Assembly: GCA_002083555.1 (NCBI GenBank)
Contig: MSXN01000007.1
Location: forward strand, 65,889-129,888
From: Nitrospira sp. ST-bin5
Lineage (GTDB): Bacteria; Nitrospirota; Nitrospiria; Nitrospirales; Nitrospiraceae
Direction: 5' to 3'
DNA: 64,000 nt
Shown here: positions 20,149 to 29,803 of the stretch, piece after piece
Numbering within the stretch: position 1 is the stretch's first letter
Layout: each line of letters starts with the position of its first letter
Position numbers and translations under genes: made by a program
The notes under the pieces: generated by a model
The model's input: only the letters and a program-made list of their open reading frames with translations
Databases searched by the model: none
What the model was told of the DNA's origin: nothing

Positions 20149-20813
20149 TGTCCCAAACCTCCACGCAGGACCAGACGCTCCGGGTAACGGAGATCTTTCA
20201 CAGTATCCAGGGAGAATCGACCTATGCAGGGCAGCCCTGCGTATTCGTCCGGCTCACGGGGTGCCCGCTCCGTTGCACCTGGTGCGATACCGACTACAGT
20301 TTTTACGGCGGGACGGCTCGCACCATCGACGAGATTCTGACGAAAGTGGGGGAGTATGGCTGTCCCTTGGTGGAAGTGACCGGCGGTGAGCCGCTGGCGC
20401 AGCCGGAAGCCTTCCCTCTAATCGCGCGTCTGTGTGATGCCGGCTATACGGTCTTGATTGAAACGAGCGGCGCGATCGATGTGCGGCCGGTCGATCAGCG
20501 GGCGAAACTGATCCTGGATGTGAAATGCCCGGGGAGCGGGATGACGGATCGGATGCATTGGCCGAATCTCGAGTATCTGACGGGGAAGGATGAGGCGAAG
20601 TTCGTTCTCGCCTCGCGCGCGGACTATGAGTGGGCGCGCGGCATTGTGGCGCAGTACCGTCTGGCGGAGCGCTGTACGGTGCTGTTCAGTCCGGTGTTCG
20701 GATCGCTGGATCTGCGGCAGCTTGCCGAGTGGATCCTGGCCGATCGGCTATCGGTGCGGTTTCAATTGCAGATGCACAAATATATCTGGGCCCCGGATAT
20801 GCGGGGCGTGTGA
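20145..20813 (+). CDS. queE: 7-carboxy-7-deazaguanine synthase (radical SAM)
   Basis: EIFHSIQGE, FVRLTGCPLRCTWCDT, TGGEPL, QLQMHKYIW. Confidence 0.92.
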   Translation: MMSQTSTQDQTLRVTEIFHSIQGESTYAGQPCVFVRLTGCPLRCTWCDTDYSFYGGTARTIDEILTKVGEYGCPLVEVTGGEPLAQPEAFPLIARLCDAGYTVLIETSGAIDVRPVDQRAKLILDVKCPGSGMTDRMHWPNLEYLTGKDEAKFVLASRADYEWARGIVAQYRLAERCTVLFSPVFGSLDLRQLAEWILADRLSVRFQLQMHKYIWAPDMRGV

Positions 20814-20817
20814 AGTG

Positions 20818-20888
20818 CGTGAAGCGTATCTCGTGATGCGTGAAACGCAAGAATTAACCGGATCAACGGACGAGCGACGCTTCACGAA
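20818..20888. repeat. Intergenic inverted repeat
   Basis: CGTGAAGCGTATCTCGT (20818-20834) pairs 15/17 with ACGAGCGACGCTTCACG (20870-20886); GACGCTTCACGAA recurs at 19308-19320. Confidence 0.55.
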
Positions 20889-20918
20889 GGACGAGCGGCG
20901 AGAACGAAGGAGATGTGA

Positions 20919-22427
20919 ATGAAGATCATGCGAGTAGATGCACGGGCCGGGCGTGTGGAGACGGAATCAACCGATGTGTTGGTCCTGACCCATTGCGAGG
21001 GCGATGTCTTTTCGAAGCAGGCGACGATGATCGATAAATCGATGAACGGGGCCTTACACGAGTTGCTGCAGTCGAAAGAATTTGAAGGCAAGGCCAATGA
21101 GCTTGTGCTGGTGCATACCCAGGGCAAGGTGCCCGCCAAGCGGATTCTCCTGGTTGGGTTGGGAAAAGAGAAGGATGTGACGGTGGATCAGCTGCGGCAG
21201 GCCATGGGGCATGCGGTGAAGCGTGTCCGCCAGGCCAAGGCCGCTTTCTTCACGGTCGCCGTCCCGTCCGTGACACCGCAGGGCGCATCTGCCGTTGAGG
21301 TGGCGCAGGCGATGGCTGAAGGCGCCATTTTGGGCAGCTACCAGTTCACGGCCTATCGGAGCGAAGGCGCATCGGGAAAAGAGGTGAAAGAGCTGTCGCT
21401 CCTGGCGGCTCAATCGAGTGAGGTCAAGTCGATTGCCGAAGGGATCCGACGCGGCGTGGCGACGGCTGAAGCCGCGGTCCTGGTGCGGGACCTCTGTAAT
21501 CATCCTTCGAATGTCATGACCCCTTCCAGAATTGCCAGTGAGGCGAAGGCCATCGCGAAGGAAGAATCGCTCACGCTGAAGATCCTGGAGCGGAAAGATA
21601 TTGAAAAGCTGGGGATGGGAGCATTGCTGGGTGTGGCGCAAGGCAGCCATGAGCCGCCGAAGTTCATCATCCTCGAATACAAGGGATCGAAAAAGAAGGA
21701 TGAACGTCCGGTTGTGCTGGTCGGGAAGACGATCACGTTTGATACCGGCGGAATTTCGCTCAAGCCGGCAGAGAACATGGAACATATGAAGGCGGACATG
21801 ACCGGCGGCGCCGAGGTGCTGGCCTCGATTCGCGCTGCCGCGCGGTTGAGGCTGCCGCTTCATCTCATCAGCATTCTGCCGGTGGCTGAGAACATGCCGG
21901 GCGGCCGGGCGATGAAGCCGGGTGACGTCGTCACGACACTCTCCGGAAAAACAGTTGAAGTGCAGAACACCGATGCGGAAGGCCGCCTGATTCTGGCCGA
22001 TGCGCTGGCCTACGCCACTCGCTATAAACCGGCGGCGTTGATCGACATTGCGACGCTCACGGGCGCTTGCGTGGTGGCGCTCGGTCAATTTGCCATCGGG
22101 ATGTTTGGAACCGATACCGGCGTGAAGGAGTCGGTACGGAAAGCCGGCTTGCGCGCAGGCGAGCGCGTGTGGGAAATGCCGCTGTGGGACGAATATTTCG
22201 AGCAGTTGCGCAGCGACGTGGCGGACATGCGTAACATCGGGGGCCGCGGGGGTGGGATGATCACGGCCGCATTGTTCCTGAGCAAGTTCGTGGGTGACTG
22301 TCCCTGGGTGCATCTTGATATCGCCAGCACGGACTGGAGCGAACGGGAGCGGGCCTATGTTCCTAAGGGTCCTTCGGGGATTGGTACCAGATTGCTGATT
22401 CAATATTTGATCGACCGGACGCTGTGA
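20919..22427 (+). CDS. pepA: Leucyl aminopeptidase (M17)
   Basis: VGKTITFDTGGISLK, MKADM, NTDAEGRL, ATLTGAC, WVHLDIA. Confidence 0.96.
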   Translation: MKIMRVDARAGRVETESTDVLVLTHCEGDVFSKQATMIDKSMNGALHELLQSKEFEGKANELVLVHTQGKVPAKRILLVGLGKEKDVTVDQLRQAMGHAVKRVRQAKAAFFTVAVPSVTPQGASAVEVAQAMAEGAILGSYQFTAYRSEGASGKEVKELSLLAAQSSEVKSIAEGIRRGVATAEAAVLVRDLCNHPSNVMTPSRIASEAKAIAKEESLTLKILERKDIEKLGMGALLGVAQGSHEPPKFIILEYKGSKKKDERPVVLVGKTITFDTGGISLKPAENMEHMKADMTGGAEVLASIRAAARLRLPLHLISILPVAENMPGGRAMKPGDVVTTLSGKTVEVQNTDAEGRLILADALAYATRYKPAALIDIATLTGACVVALGQFAIGMFGTDTGVKESVRKAGLRAGERVWEMPLWDEYFEQLRSDVADMRNIGGRGGGMITAALFLSKFVGDCPWVHLDIASTDWSERERAYVPKGPSGIGTRLLIQYLIDRTL

Positions 22428-22455
22428 TTCGGTTGGGAGCGGAATTCCTACTCCT

Positions 22456-22518
22456 ATGGGCCCTTCAGGGATCGGTACTAGATTGCTGATTCAATATCTC
22501 ATCGACCGGACACTCTGA
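22456..22518 (+). repeat. Second, diverged copy of the pepA 3' end
   Basis: Translates MGPSGIGTRLLIQYLIDRTL*, versus the pepA end KGPSGIGTRLLIQYLIDRTL* (22365-22427). Confidence 0.9.
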
Positions 22519-22539
22519 CCTCAGTAGGGGATTTCGCCC

Positions 22540-23643
22540 ATGCTTATGTCGCGCGAGAAGATCGGCCAGTTGTTCATGGTGGGGTTTGAGGGGACCTCGG
22601 TCACGCCCGATCTGGCGGCGTTCATCAAGGAGTACAAGCCGGGCGGCGTGATTCTCTTCTCGCGCAACCTTGAATCGATTGAGCAGATTGTCGAGTTGAC
22701 GAATGCCTTGCAGGCCTGCAGCCCCCATTCGCCCTTGTTGATTTCAATCGATCAGGAAGGCGGGCGTGTCTCACGGCTACCGAAGAGCTTCACGATTTTC
22801 CCTCCCTGCGAGGTGTTGGGGCGCTGTAATTCGTCGGAGCTGGCTTATGCGGCGGCGGCGACGATTGCGAAGGAACTCAGGGCTGTCGGGATCAACATGA
22901 ACATGTCTCCGGTGTTGGATGTGAACTGTAATCCCTCCAATCCGGTGATCGGTGACCGAGCCTTTGGATCGACGCCCGGCCCGGTCTGTGAATTGGGCCT
23001 GGCGACGGTGGGCGGATTACAGGACAACCGGGTGGTGGCCTGCGGAAAGCATTTCCCCGGTCATGGCGATACCAGTGTGGACTCGCACAAGGAATTGCCT
23101 GTGGTGACCGCGTCGAAGGAACGATTGGAGCAGATCGAATTCCCACCATTCCGGCATGCCACGGCTCACGGAGTGGCGACGCTGATGACGGCTCATGTGC
23201 TCTATCGCGCGTTGGATGATCAAAAGCCGGCGACGCTCTCTCCGACCATCATCACGGAGTTCTTGCGTGGTGAGCTGAAGTATGACGGTGTGGTGTTGAC
23301 GGATGATCTGGAGATGCATGCGATCATTGATCACTATGGTATTGAAGAAGCCACCGTGCGTGCCATTCAGGCAGGGTGTGACATGCCGTTGATCTGTAAG
23401 GACCGCAACCGAGAGATCGCGGCGATCACCGCACTGGACAGCGCAGTAGCGGACGGCTCGATCAGCGCTGAGCGGTTGGAGCAATCCCTGGCGAGGATCG
23501 CCCGATTGAAGCAGCGGTTTCTGGTCCCGTACAAACCGGTCGTGATTTCGGATGCCAAACTGATCGTCGGGTGCCGGAGCCATCACGTCTTGCTTCGTTC
23601 CATCCATCAGGCCCGTGAACGATTGGCGAAAGCCACGGTGTGA
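22540..23643 (+). CDS. nagZ: Beta-N-acetylhexosaminidase (GH3)
   Basis: IDQEGGRVSRL, KHFPGHGDTSVDSH, LTDDLEM. Confidence 0.94.
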   Translation: MLMSREKIGQLFMVGFEGTSVTPDLAAFIKEYKPGGVILFSRNLESIEQIVELTNALQACSPHSPLLISIDQEGGRVSRLPKSFTIFPPCEVLGRCNSSELAYAAAATIAKELRAVGINMNMSPVLDVNCNPSNPVIGDRAFGSTPGPVCELGLATVGGLQDNRVVACGKHFPGHGDTSVDSHKELPVVTASKERLEQIEFPPFRHATAHGVATLMTAHVLYRALDDQKPATLSPTIITEFLRGELKYDGVVLTDDLEMHAIIDHYGIEEATVRAIQAGCDMPLICKDRNREIAAITALDSAVADGSISAERLEQSLARIARLKQRFLVPYKPVVISDAKLIVGCRSHHVLLRSIHQARERLAKATV

Positions 23644-24923
23644 CCTCCCCGCCCTCCTTTCCAGCCGGTCGACGAGAACTCTGGGCCTGGTGCTTCTACG
23701 ATTTTGCGAACTCTTCCTTTTCCACCCTGATCGTGACGGTCGCCTACAGCGTCTACTTCATCCAGGTGGTGGCAGCCGAGGTGTCGCCGCCAGGCATGGC
23801 CGAGCGACTCTGGTTTTGGGGCTATGCGCTGTCGATGCTGGTGGTGGCGCTGGTGTCACCAGTCCTGGGGGCGTTGGCGGATATCCGTGCAAATAAGCGG
23901 CGGGTGTTGATCGTTTCAACACTTCTCTGTGTGGCCTGCACCGCGCTCTTATGGTTCGTGCATCGCGGCGATGTGGCGCTTGGACTGCTCATCTTCGGTA
24001 TTGCCAATATCGGCTTCGATTTGGGGTTTGTGTTCTGTAGTGCATTCCTGGTGGAGCTGGTGTCGCCGCAGCAGATGGGCCGCCTGTCTGGCTATGGCTG
24101 GGGATTTGGCTATGTCGGTGGATTGCTCTCTCTGGCGCTGGCCTACCCTTTTATTTCCGGTGGTTTTGCCGAATCGAACCTCGCTTCCTATCGGCTGAGT
24201 TTTGTTGTGACGGCTGTCTTCTTTCTGAGTGCCACAGTGCCGACCTTTCTGTACTTGCAAGAACGAGCTCAGCCGCGTCCTGTTCCTGACGGCCTGACGG
24301 TGTGGCGTGCGGTGATGAGGCAGTTGCGTGACACGGCCCGCCGTCTGTCGACCTATCGAGATCTCCGGCGCTATTTCATTGCCTATCTGCTCTATTCGGA
24401 TGCGATCAATACGGTGATCGTGGCGTCGGGCATCTTTGCCAACAAAGTCCTGGACTTCACGCCGGGCGATCTGATTATCTATTTTCTTGTGACGCAGATT
24501 ACGGCTGGGTTGGGTTCTGTGGGATTCGGATTTGTGGCGGATCGGATCGGGGCGACCCGGTCGATCGTGGTGACCTTACTGCTCTGGATCGGCGTGGTGA
24601 TTGGCGCGGCAGTCGTGCAGACGCAGATGCAGTTTTATCTGCTCGGGCTTGTCGCTGGCGCGGCGCTTGGCGCCAACCAATCGGTGAGCCGCACGCTGCT
24701 TGGACGGTTTACGCCGCTGGGTCACCAGGGGGAGTTCTTCGGCTTCTTTTCCGTCGCCGGGAAATTTGCCGCGATTCTTGGACCGATCGTCTACGGAGAA
24801 GTGACGGTGTGGACCGGGAGTCAGCGCTGGGCCGTACTCTCCATGGCGCTCTTCTTTCTGGTCGGGTTGGCGGTGTTTTTCGGGGTGGATGAACGGCGCG
24901 GTATGGCGGCTGCGCAGGAGTGA
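23640..24923 (+). CDS. MFS transporter (UMF1/Atg22-like)
   Basis: WAWCFYDFANS start, GRLSGYGWGFGYVGG, about 12 TM, EFFGFF. Confidence 0.88.
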   Translation: MTSPPSFPAGRRELWAWCFYDFANSSFSTLIVTVAYSVYFIQVVAAEVSPPGMAERLWFWGYALSMLVVALVSPVLGALADIRANKRRVLIVSTLLCVACTALLWFVHRGDVALGLLIFGIANIGFDLGFVFCSAFLVELVSPQQMGRLSGYGWGFGYVGGLLSLALAYPFISGGFAESNLASYRLSFVVTAVFFLSATVPTFLYLQERAQPRPVPDGLTVWRAVMRQLRDTARRLSTYRDLRRYFIAYLLYSDAINTVIVASGIFANKVLDFTPGDLIIYFLVTQITAGLGSVGFGFVADRIGATRSIVVTLLLWIGVVIGAAVVQTQMQFYLLGLVAGAALGANQSVSRTLLGRFTPLGHQGEFFGFFSVAGKFAAILGPIVYGEVTVWTGSQRWAVLSMALFFLVGLAVFFGVDERRGMAAAQE

Positions 24924-24932
24924 GATCACGAG

Positions 24933-25319
24933 ATGGCTCTAAAAAAAGGCGATTTCATCGATGAGCATACACGCCATCCGCATGCCTGCGGGTTGATCGT
25001 GAAAGTCATGGGCGGCGGCGAGGGATTTGAGAAAATCGTCTGTTGTGACCATGACCTGACTGAGCAGGATGTCGTCGCTGAGATGGGCTCACCCGCCGGC
25101 CGGAAACGAGGCGCCTTGCCGTCGGCGGTGGTCTTGGATGAGAAGAAGCTGTATCCGGATTCCTGCGGATTGCGCGTCATGATTATGGACGGCGGCGCGG
25201 GCTTCAAAGAAATTCGTTGCTGTGGTCACTCCTTGACGATCAGTTCAATGCGTGAATTACAGTTCGGTCAGATGCGTGCCCCTGAGCCGGAGCAGACCGG
25301 GCAGGCTGGTACGGCCTAG
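24933..25319 (+). CDS. Small protein with two desulforedoxin-like Cys repeats
   Basis: HACGLIVKVMGGGEGFEKIVCCDHDL and DSCGLRVMIMDGGAGFKEIRCCGHSL. Confidence 0.7.
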   Translation: MALKKGDFIDEHTRHPHACGLIVKVMGGGEGFEKIVCCDHDLTEQDVVAEMGSPAGRKRGALPSAVVLDEKKLYPDSCGLRVMIMDGGAGFKEIRCCGHSLTISSMRELQFGQMRAPEPEQTGQAGTA

Positions 25320-25338
25320 CTTGGACTGGAGGTGATGT

Positions 25339-25866
25339 ATGGGGACTGAAGAACCAAGAGCTCACCGGAATGATTTGATGAGGCGGTGGTGCCATTACAT
25401 GGAATGGTTGGACCGCCTGGGCTACGCAACCGCCGGGTTCAGTTTGTTGATCCTTGGCATGTTGGTATTCATCCATGCCTGGTATGTGTTTCTCGCCGGT
25501 CAGTTCGATCCGAAGGGGCATGTGTTGATTCTTCCGGCCGGTCTCAGATTGTTGAATGACATCCTCCTGGTCATTATTCTTCTGGAGCTGTTCCGGACCG
25601 TGGTGCGATTCTTACAGACGGAAGTGTTGGAATTGGAGCCCTATCTGTCTGTTGGCGTGATCGCTTGTACCAGGAAGATTCTGACGGCTAGCGCAGAACT
25701 GTCGCACCAGCAAAACATGACGGAAACGCAGTTCTATCAATACCTCATGGATGTGGGACTGAACGTTACCGTGATCATTGCTCTGATTGGTGCTGTATTC
25801 ATGATTCGGAAGCGGCCAGAACAGATACCGCTCCCGGCCGCAGCCCCGGCGCGTGTGGCTCAGTAA
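25339..25866 (+). CDS. Phosphate-starvation-inducible PsiE-like membrane protein
   Basis: LNDILLVIILLELFRTV...EPYLSVGVIACTRKIL pattern; GGAGGTG RBS. Confidence 0.8.
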   Translation: MGTEEPRAHRNDLMRRWCHYMEWLDRLGYATAGFSLLILGMLVFIHAWYVFLAGQFDPKGHVLILPAGLRLLNDILLVIILLELFRTVVRFLQTEVLELEPYLSVGVIACTRKILTASAELSHQQNMTETQFYQYLMDVGLNVTVIIALIGAVFMIRKRPEQIPLPAAAPARVAQ

Positions 25867-25928
25867 GGCGTTCTCGACTTGCCTGTTTCCAGGGAGTTAT
25901 GGCATCATGCGCCCTCTTGGAGACCGGC

Positions 25929-26369
25929 ATGGCGAATCTGCTTGAATACGTCGGCTGTGTGCATATCTACCTCGGTCCCTATCGAGGCAATCCCATTGCC
26001 TTGTATTTGAATCGGACGGAATCCTCTTGCCAGATTAGCCCGAAAGCCTATCCATGGAATGATGTGATGGGCGTGGGCGAGACTCCCAACAAAGCCGCCG
26101 CCGATTTCGAAGATAAGTGGAAGACCAAGGGGCTTGCTGCAGAGATGTATTCCGGTCCTTCCTGGGAAGGCGGGATCAAGCCTGAAAAACCTGCACCGCC
26201 CAAGCCAGCCGTGCCTCCCAAGCCGGCAGCCGCACCGACTGCAGCTGGTGCCTCCCCTGCTCCTCAACCAACTGCTGCGGCTTCCCCGACTCCTGCTACG
26301 GTGACTCCGCCGCCACCAACTCCCTCAGCTCAAGTAGCTGATGCTCAGCCATCCGCCGAGCCGAAGTAG
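25929..26369 (+). CDS. Hypothetical protein with Pro/Ala-rich C-terminal tail
   Basis: Globular N-terminus then PKP/PAA-rich tail; start 25929 or 25899. Confidence 0.7.
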   Translation: MANLLEYVGCVHIYLGPYRGNPIALYLNRTESSCQISPKAYPWNDVMGVGETPNKAAADFEDKWKTKGLAAEMYSGPSWEGGIKPEKPAPPKPAVPPKPAAAPTAAGASPAPQPTAAASPTPATVTPPPPTPSAQVADAQPSAEPK

Positions 26370-26394
26370 TCTCACTCATATACCGCGAGAACGA

Positions 26395-27894
26395 TTAGCG
26401 ATTTGTCGATGACGGTGTCTTGGCTGGTGCTGACTGTATCGCCAGCTTGCTGTGTCGCATGCCGTATAGCCCATAAATAATCACTCCGGCGAGCGTCCAC
26501 CAGACGAACCGATGCCAGGTGAGGGCGGGGAGTTGCCACATCAGGCTGAGGCATGAGAGGGCTCCCAACAGCGGGATCCAGGGCATCAGCGGAGTTCTAA
26601 ACGGACGTGCCAGGTGAGGACGGGTGTAGCGCAGGACGATGAGTCCAATGCACACGAGCGTGAACGCGAAGAACGTTCCGATGTTGGTCATGTCAGCCGC
26701 GGTGCCGATGGGGACGAAGGCGGCCATGGTCGCGACGCCGATACCGGTCAGGATTGTCGCATGGTGCGGGGTGCCAAAGCGGGGATGCACCACGGACAAC
26801 CATGGTCCCAGGAGCCCGTCCCGCGAGATGGCAAAGAACACCCGGATCTGTCCCAGCATCATGACCACCAGCACGCTGGTGATGCCGGCGACGGCTCCCA
26901 TGGCCACTACAGCCGCTCCCCACTTGTAGCCGACGAGTCGTAACGCTTCCGCAACCGGAGCGTGAATGTCGATCTGGCTATAGGGTACTAACCCTGTGAG
27001 CACGGCGGCGACGGCGACATAGAGAATCGTACAGACTCCGAGAGAGGTCATGATGCCGATCGGCAGATCGCGCTGCGGATTGCGTGCCTCTTCGGCCGTC
27101 GTGGTGACGGCATCAAATCCGATATAGGCGAAGAAGACGGTCGCGGCGGCAGCGGTGACTCCGGTGAAGCCGTTTGGCAGGAACGGGGTCCAATTGTCCG
27201 GGTTGACGGCCGGGGCTCCTACGGCGATAAAAAACAGGATGACCGCGAGTTTCAGGCAGACGATGAAACCGGTGGCTCGCGCACTTTCCTTGATGCCGAT
27301 GACGAGAATGATCGTGACGAGCAGGACGATGATGGCGGCTGGAAAATTTGCGATGCCGCCCTCGGGCCCTCCTGGTGCGTGTGTGGCCCAGTCGGGCAGA
27401 TCCAAGCCCGCCAGTTTCAGGAGGTTGTTGAAGTAGCCAGACCAGCCGATGGCGACGGCCACGCAGGCCACGCCGTATTCCAAGATCAAATTCCAGCCGG
27501 TGATCCAGGCAAGGAATTCTCCCAAGGTGGCATAAGAATAGGTATAGGCCGACCCGGCGACGGGAATCATGGCGGCAAACTCTGCGTAGCACAGGGCTGC
27601 GAGGACGCAGGTCAGTCCGGAGAGGAGGAAGGAGAGGACGATCCCGGGACCGGCCCCGGGTCTGCCGGCGTCTCCGACAATCGCCGTTCCAATCAACACA
27701 AAAATACCGGTCCCGATGATGGCTCCAATGCCCAAGGCAGTGAGGTCCCAGGCGCTCAATGTCCGCTTGAGACGATATTGGGGATGGTCGGCATCGGCCA
27801 GAATACGCTCGATGGATTTAGTGCGAAACAGGCGGCCTGTTACGGAGTCTGCGAGAGATGGGTGAGTCGTTGGTTCAGCAGGAGCGGGATCCAT
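26395..27894 (-). CDS. Amino acid permease (APC/CAT family)
   Basis: GIGAIIGTGIF, CYAEFAAMIPVAGSAYTY, FFAYIGFD, EEARNPQRDLP. Confidence 0.94.
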   Translation of the reverse strand: MDPAPAEPTTHPSLADSVTGRLFRTKSIERILADADHPQYRLKRTLSAWDLTALGIGAIIGTGIFVLIGTAIVGDAGRPGAGPGIVLSFLLSGLTCVLAALCYAEFAAMIPVAGSAYTYSYATLGEFLAWITGWNLILEYGVACVAVAIGWSGYFNNLLKLAGLDLPDWATHAPGGPEGGIANFPAAIIVLLVTIILVIGIKESARATGFIVCLKLAVILFFIAVGAPAVNPDNWTPFLPNGFTGVTAAAATVFFAYIGFDAVTTTAEEARNPQRDLPIGIMTSLGVCTILYVAVAAVLTGLVPYSQIDIHAPVAEALRLVGYKWGAAVVAMGAVAGITSVLVVMMLGQIRVFFAISRDGLLGPWLSVVHPRFGTPHHATILTGIGVATMAAFVPIGTAADMTNIGTFFAFTLVCIGLIVLRYTRPHLARPFRTPLMPWIPLLGALSCLSLMWQLPALTWHRFVWWTLAGVIIYGLYGMRHSKLAIQSAPAKTPSSTNR

Positions 27895-27963
27895 ATGGCG
27901 CGTAGTATAGCAGGCAGAGTGAAAAATGCTGTGTGAATTATAAAAGGCGTCGTTCAGCCAGCG

Positions 27964-28704
27964 TCAAGCGTGCGTGCGGCTGGCGGCGCGGAGTAGGGCC
28001 TGAAACAATCGGCGGTGGGCGATGTGACGTTCGAAGAGGAATTCAGGGTGCCACTGGATACCGAGGAAAAATCGGTGGCGGGGGGATTCGACTGCCTCGA
28101 TGACGCCATCCGGGGCGATCGCGCTCGCGATCAGCGAAGGGGCGACGGATTTCACGGATTGGTGGTGCGAGCTATTCACTCGCAAGGTGGCTTTGGTGAC
28201 GATCTTTCTGAGGAGACTTCCAGCTGTGATGTCGACTGAGTGTGCCAGATGGATCGCTTTGGTCGGTTGTCGGTGTTGCAGCACATTCGGCATTTGCGAT
28301 GTGAGATCCTGAAAGAGACTGCCCCCGCAGGCGACGTTGATGGTTTGCATCCCGCCGCAGATACCGAGGACAGGGAGGTCGCGTTTTTGAGCGAGGTGAA
28401 CCAGGTCCAGCTCGAAATTCGCACGGCGTTCGCTGACGAGGGGGAATTTATAGCGCTGGCGTTCTCCGTAGAGACGCGGCGGAAGGTCCGGTCCGCTGCC
28501 GGTGAGCAGGAGTCCGTCCAGGCGCTCGAGGAGGCGCCGTCGCCCGGCCGCATCGGCGACTAAGGGAAGAATGAGGGGAATGCCTCCGAGTTCTTCGATA
28601 GCGCGGACGTAGCGGGCGCGGAGGAAATAGGTGGGCTCACGCCCACCCCATTCCTTGCGGTCACCGGCATTGAAGTCAGGGGTCACGCCGATGACGGGCT
28701 TCAT
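27964..28704 (-). CDS. Gamma-glutamyl-GABA hydrolase family (peptidase C26, class I glutamine amidotransferase-like)
   Basis: MKPVIGVT start at 28704; LGICGGMQ nucleophile, VNSSHHQ, QWHPE. Confidence 0.9.
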   Translation of the reverse strand: MKPVIGVTPDFNAGDRKEWGGREPTYFLRARYVRAIEELGGIPLILPLVADAAGRRRLLERLDGLLLTGSGPDLPPRLYGERQRYKFPLVSERRANFELDLVHLAQKRDLPVLGICGGMQTINVACGGSLFQDLTSQMPNVLQHRQPTKAIHLAHSVDITAGSLLRKIVTKATLRVNSSHHQSVKSVAPSLIASAIAPDGVIEAVESPRHRFFLGIQWHPEFLFERHIAHRRLFQALLRAASRTHA

Positions 28705-28705
28705 A

Positions 28706-29122
28706 TTACCGAACTGGTTCTGTGGCTGGTGTGTTGGAGCTGCCCCCAGTGGAATCGCTTTCAGCTGCGACACCCAGGAATCGGACCGATCGGTCACCGG
28801 TCAGGTGTTCCGGTGTGATGACATAGGTGCCGTACATACTGGGGACCCAAATGCTCTTGGCGGTCTGTTCGTTCAAACCGGAGAACAGATAGGCAAGTCC
28901 GCCGACGATCCCTCCGCCGATGGCGAAGGCGGCTTTGAAGGGAAAATACAAAATCGTGGACACGGCGGCGCCTGCTTGCATGCCGGCGCCAGACGGCGTG
29001 CCCTGCTGGGTGTCTGCGGATGACGTTTGGCTCCAGGCCGGCGTGGCGACCAGCGAGGTGAATGTCATGAGAACCACAAGTGCGATCAGTGGGAGCGTAC
29101 GAATAAATCCAATGTGTGTCAC
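28706..29122 (-). CDS. Hypothetical exported/membrane protein
   Basis: GTG at 29122 after GAAGGAGG RBS; signal peptide ending AWS; Gly-rich hydrophobic core. Confidence 0.65.
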   Translation of the reverse strand: MTHIGFIRTLPLIALVVLMTFTSLVATPAWSQTSSADTQQGTPSGAGMQAGAAVSTILYFPFKAAFAIGGGIVGGLAYLFSGLNEQTAKSIWVPSMYGTYVITPEHLTGDRSVRFLGVAAESDSTGGSSNTPATEPVR

Positions 29123-29272
29123 GGAGACCCTCCTTCCTCTCAAAGACAGGATTCTAGGATCATGTCTACGGTCGATAAAGAAACGACAAGACTGTCATGG
29201 CGTTATAACAAATTCATAGAGGCTTGCAAACCCCCTGCCCCGTGGGAATTACGCGAATGGCGAGAAAACCGC

Positions 29273-29719
29273 TCACGGCATCAGATCAAGCTCGGTGAGA
29301 ATGTAGGTGACGACATACTCCTGCCGAGTTGTGACGGCTTGATTCAATTCAGCGACGAGCTCCTCGGCAGGAATTCGCTGATTCTCCTGCGGGAGTCCAA
29401 TGGCCAGACGCAGGTCGAGCTTGCACCAGGCAATCGCTTGTGCTGCAAGATCCGGGATGCGGGCGGCCGCGTCGGTTCGATCCTCTTCAGATAACCGTTC
29501 AAGGGCTCTCGCGACTGGAGCCGTCCGTCGCATGGCTTCTTGAAGCCCGGCAAGGTGGTCGGCGGCGATGTCGACGGAGACTTGGATGCCAGCCTTCCAA
29601 CTGCGTTTCTTCACATTGAAGACGCAGGTCTGTGTGGTGGAACCGTCGTCGACCGGTTCCGGACCAAAAAAGAGCGTGACGCGATAGGGTGTAGCGCCTG
29701 GTGGAGTCTCAAGAGCCAT
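29273..29719 (-). CDS. Hypothetical protein
   Basis: ATG 29719 (MALETPPG...YRVTLFFGPE...CVFNVKKRSWK); avoids overlap with the divergent peptidase. Confidence 0.65.
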   Translation of the reverse strand: MALETPPGATPYRVTLFFGPEPVDDGSTTQTCVFNVKKRSWKAGIQVSVDIAADHLAGLQEAMRRTAPVARALERLSEEDRTDAAARIPDLAAQAIAWCKLDLRLAIGLPQENQRIPAEELVAELNQAVTTRQEYVVTYILTELDLMP

Positions 29720-29803
29720 GAAGGCGTATTGTAACACGTGGCCTGTTCTATGCTGCGTCTTGATTTGACGGCTTCCCACCTCGGCGAATATGATGCCCGC
29801 ACG

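Noticed and set aside
22345..22518. pepA duplicate as a diversity-generating retroelement TR/VR pair or a CRISPR unit
   Set aside because: Differences are not adenine-specific, there is no reverse transcriptase or cas gene, and there are only two copies.
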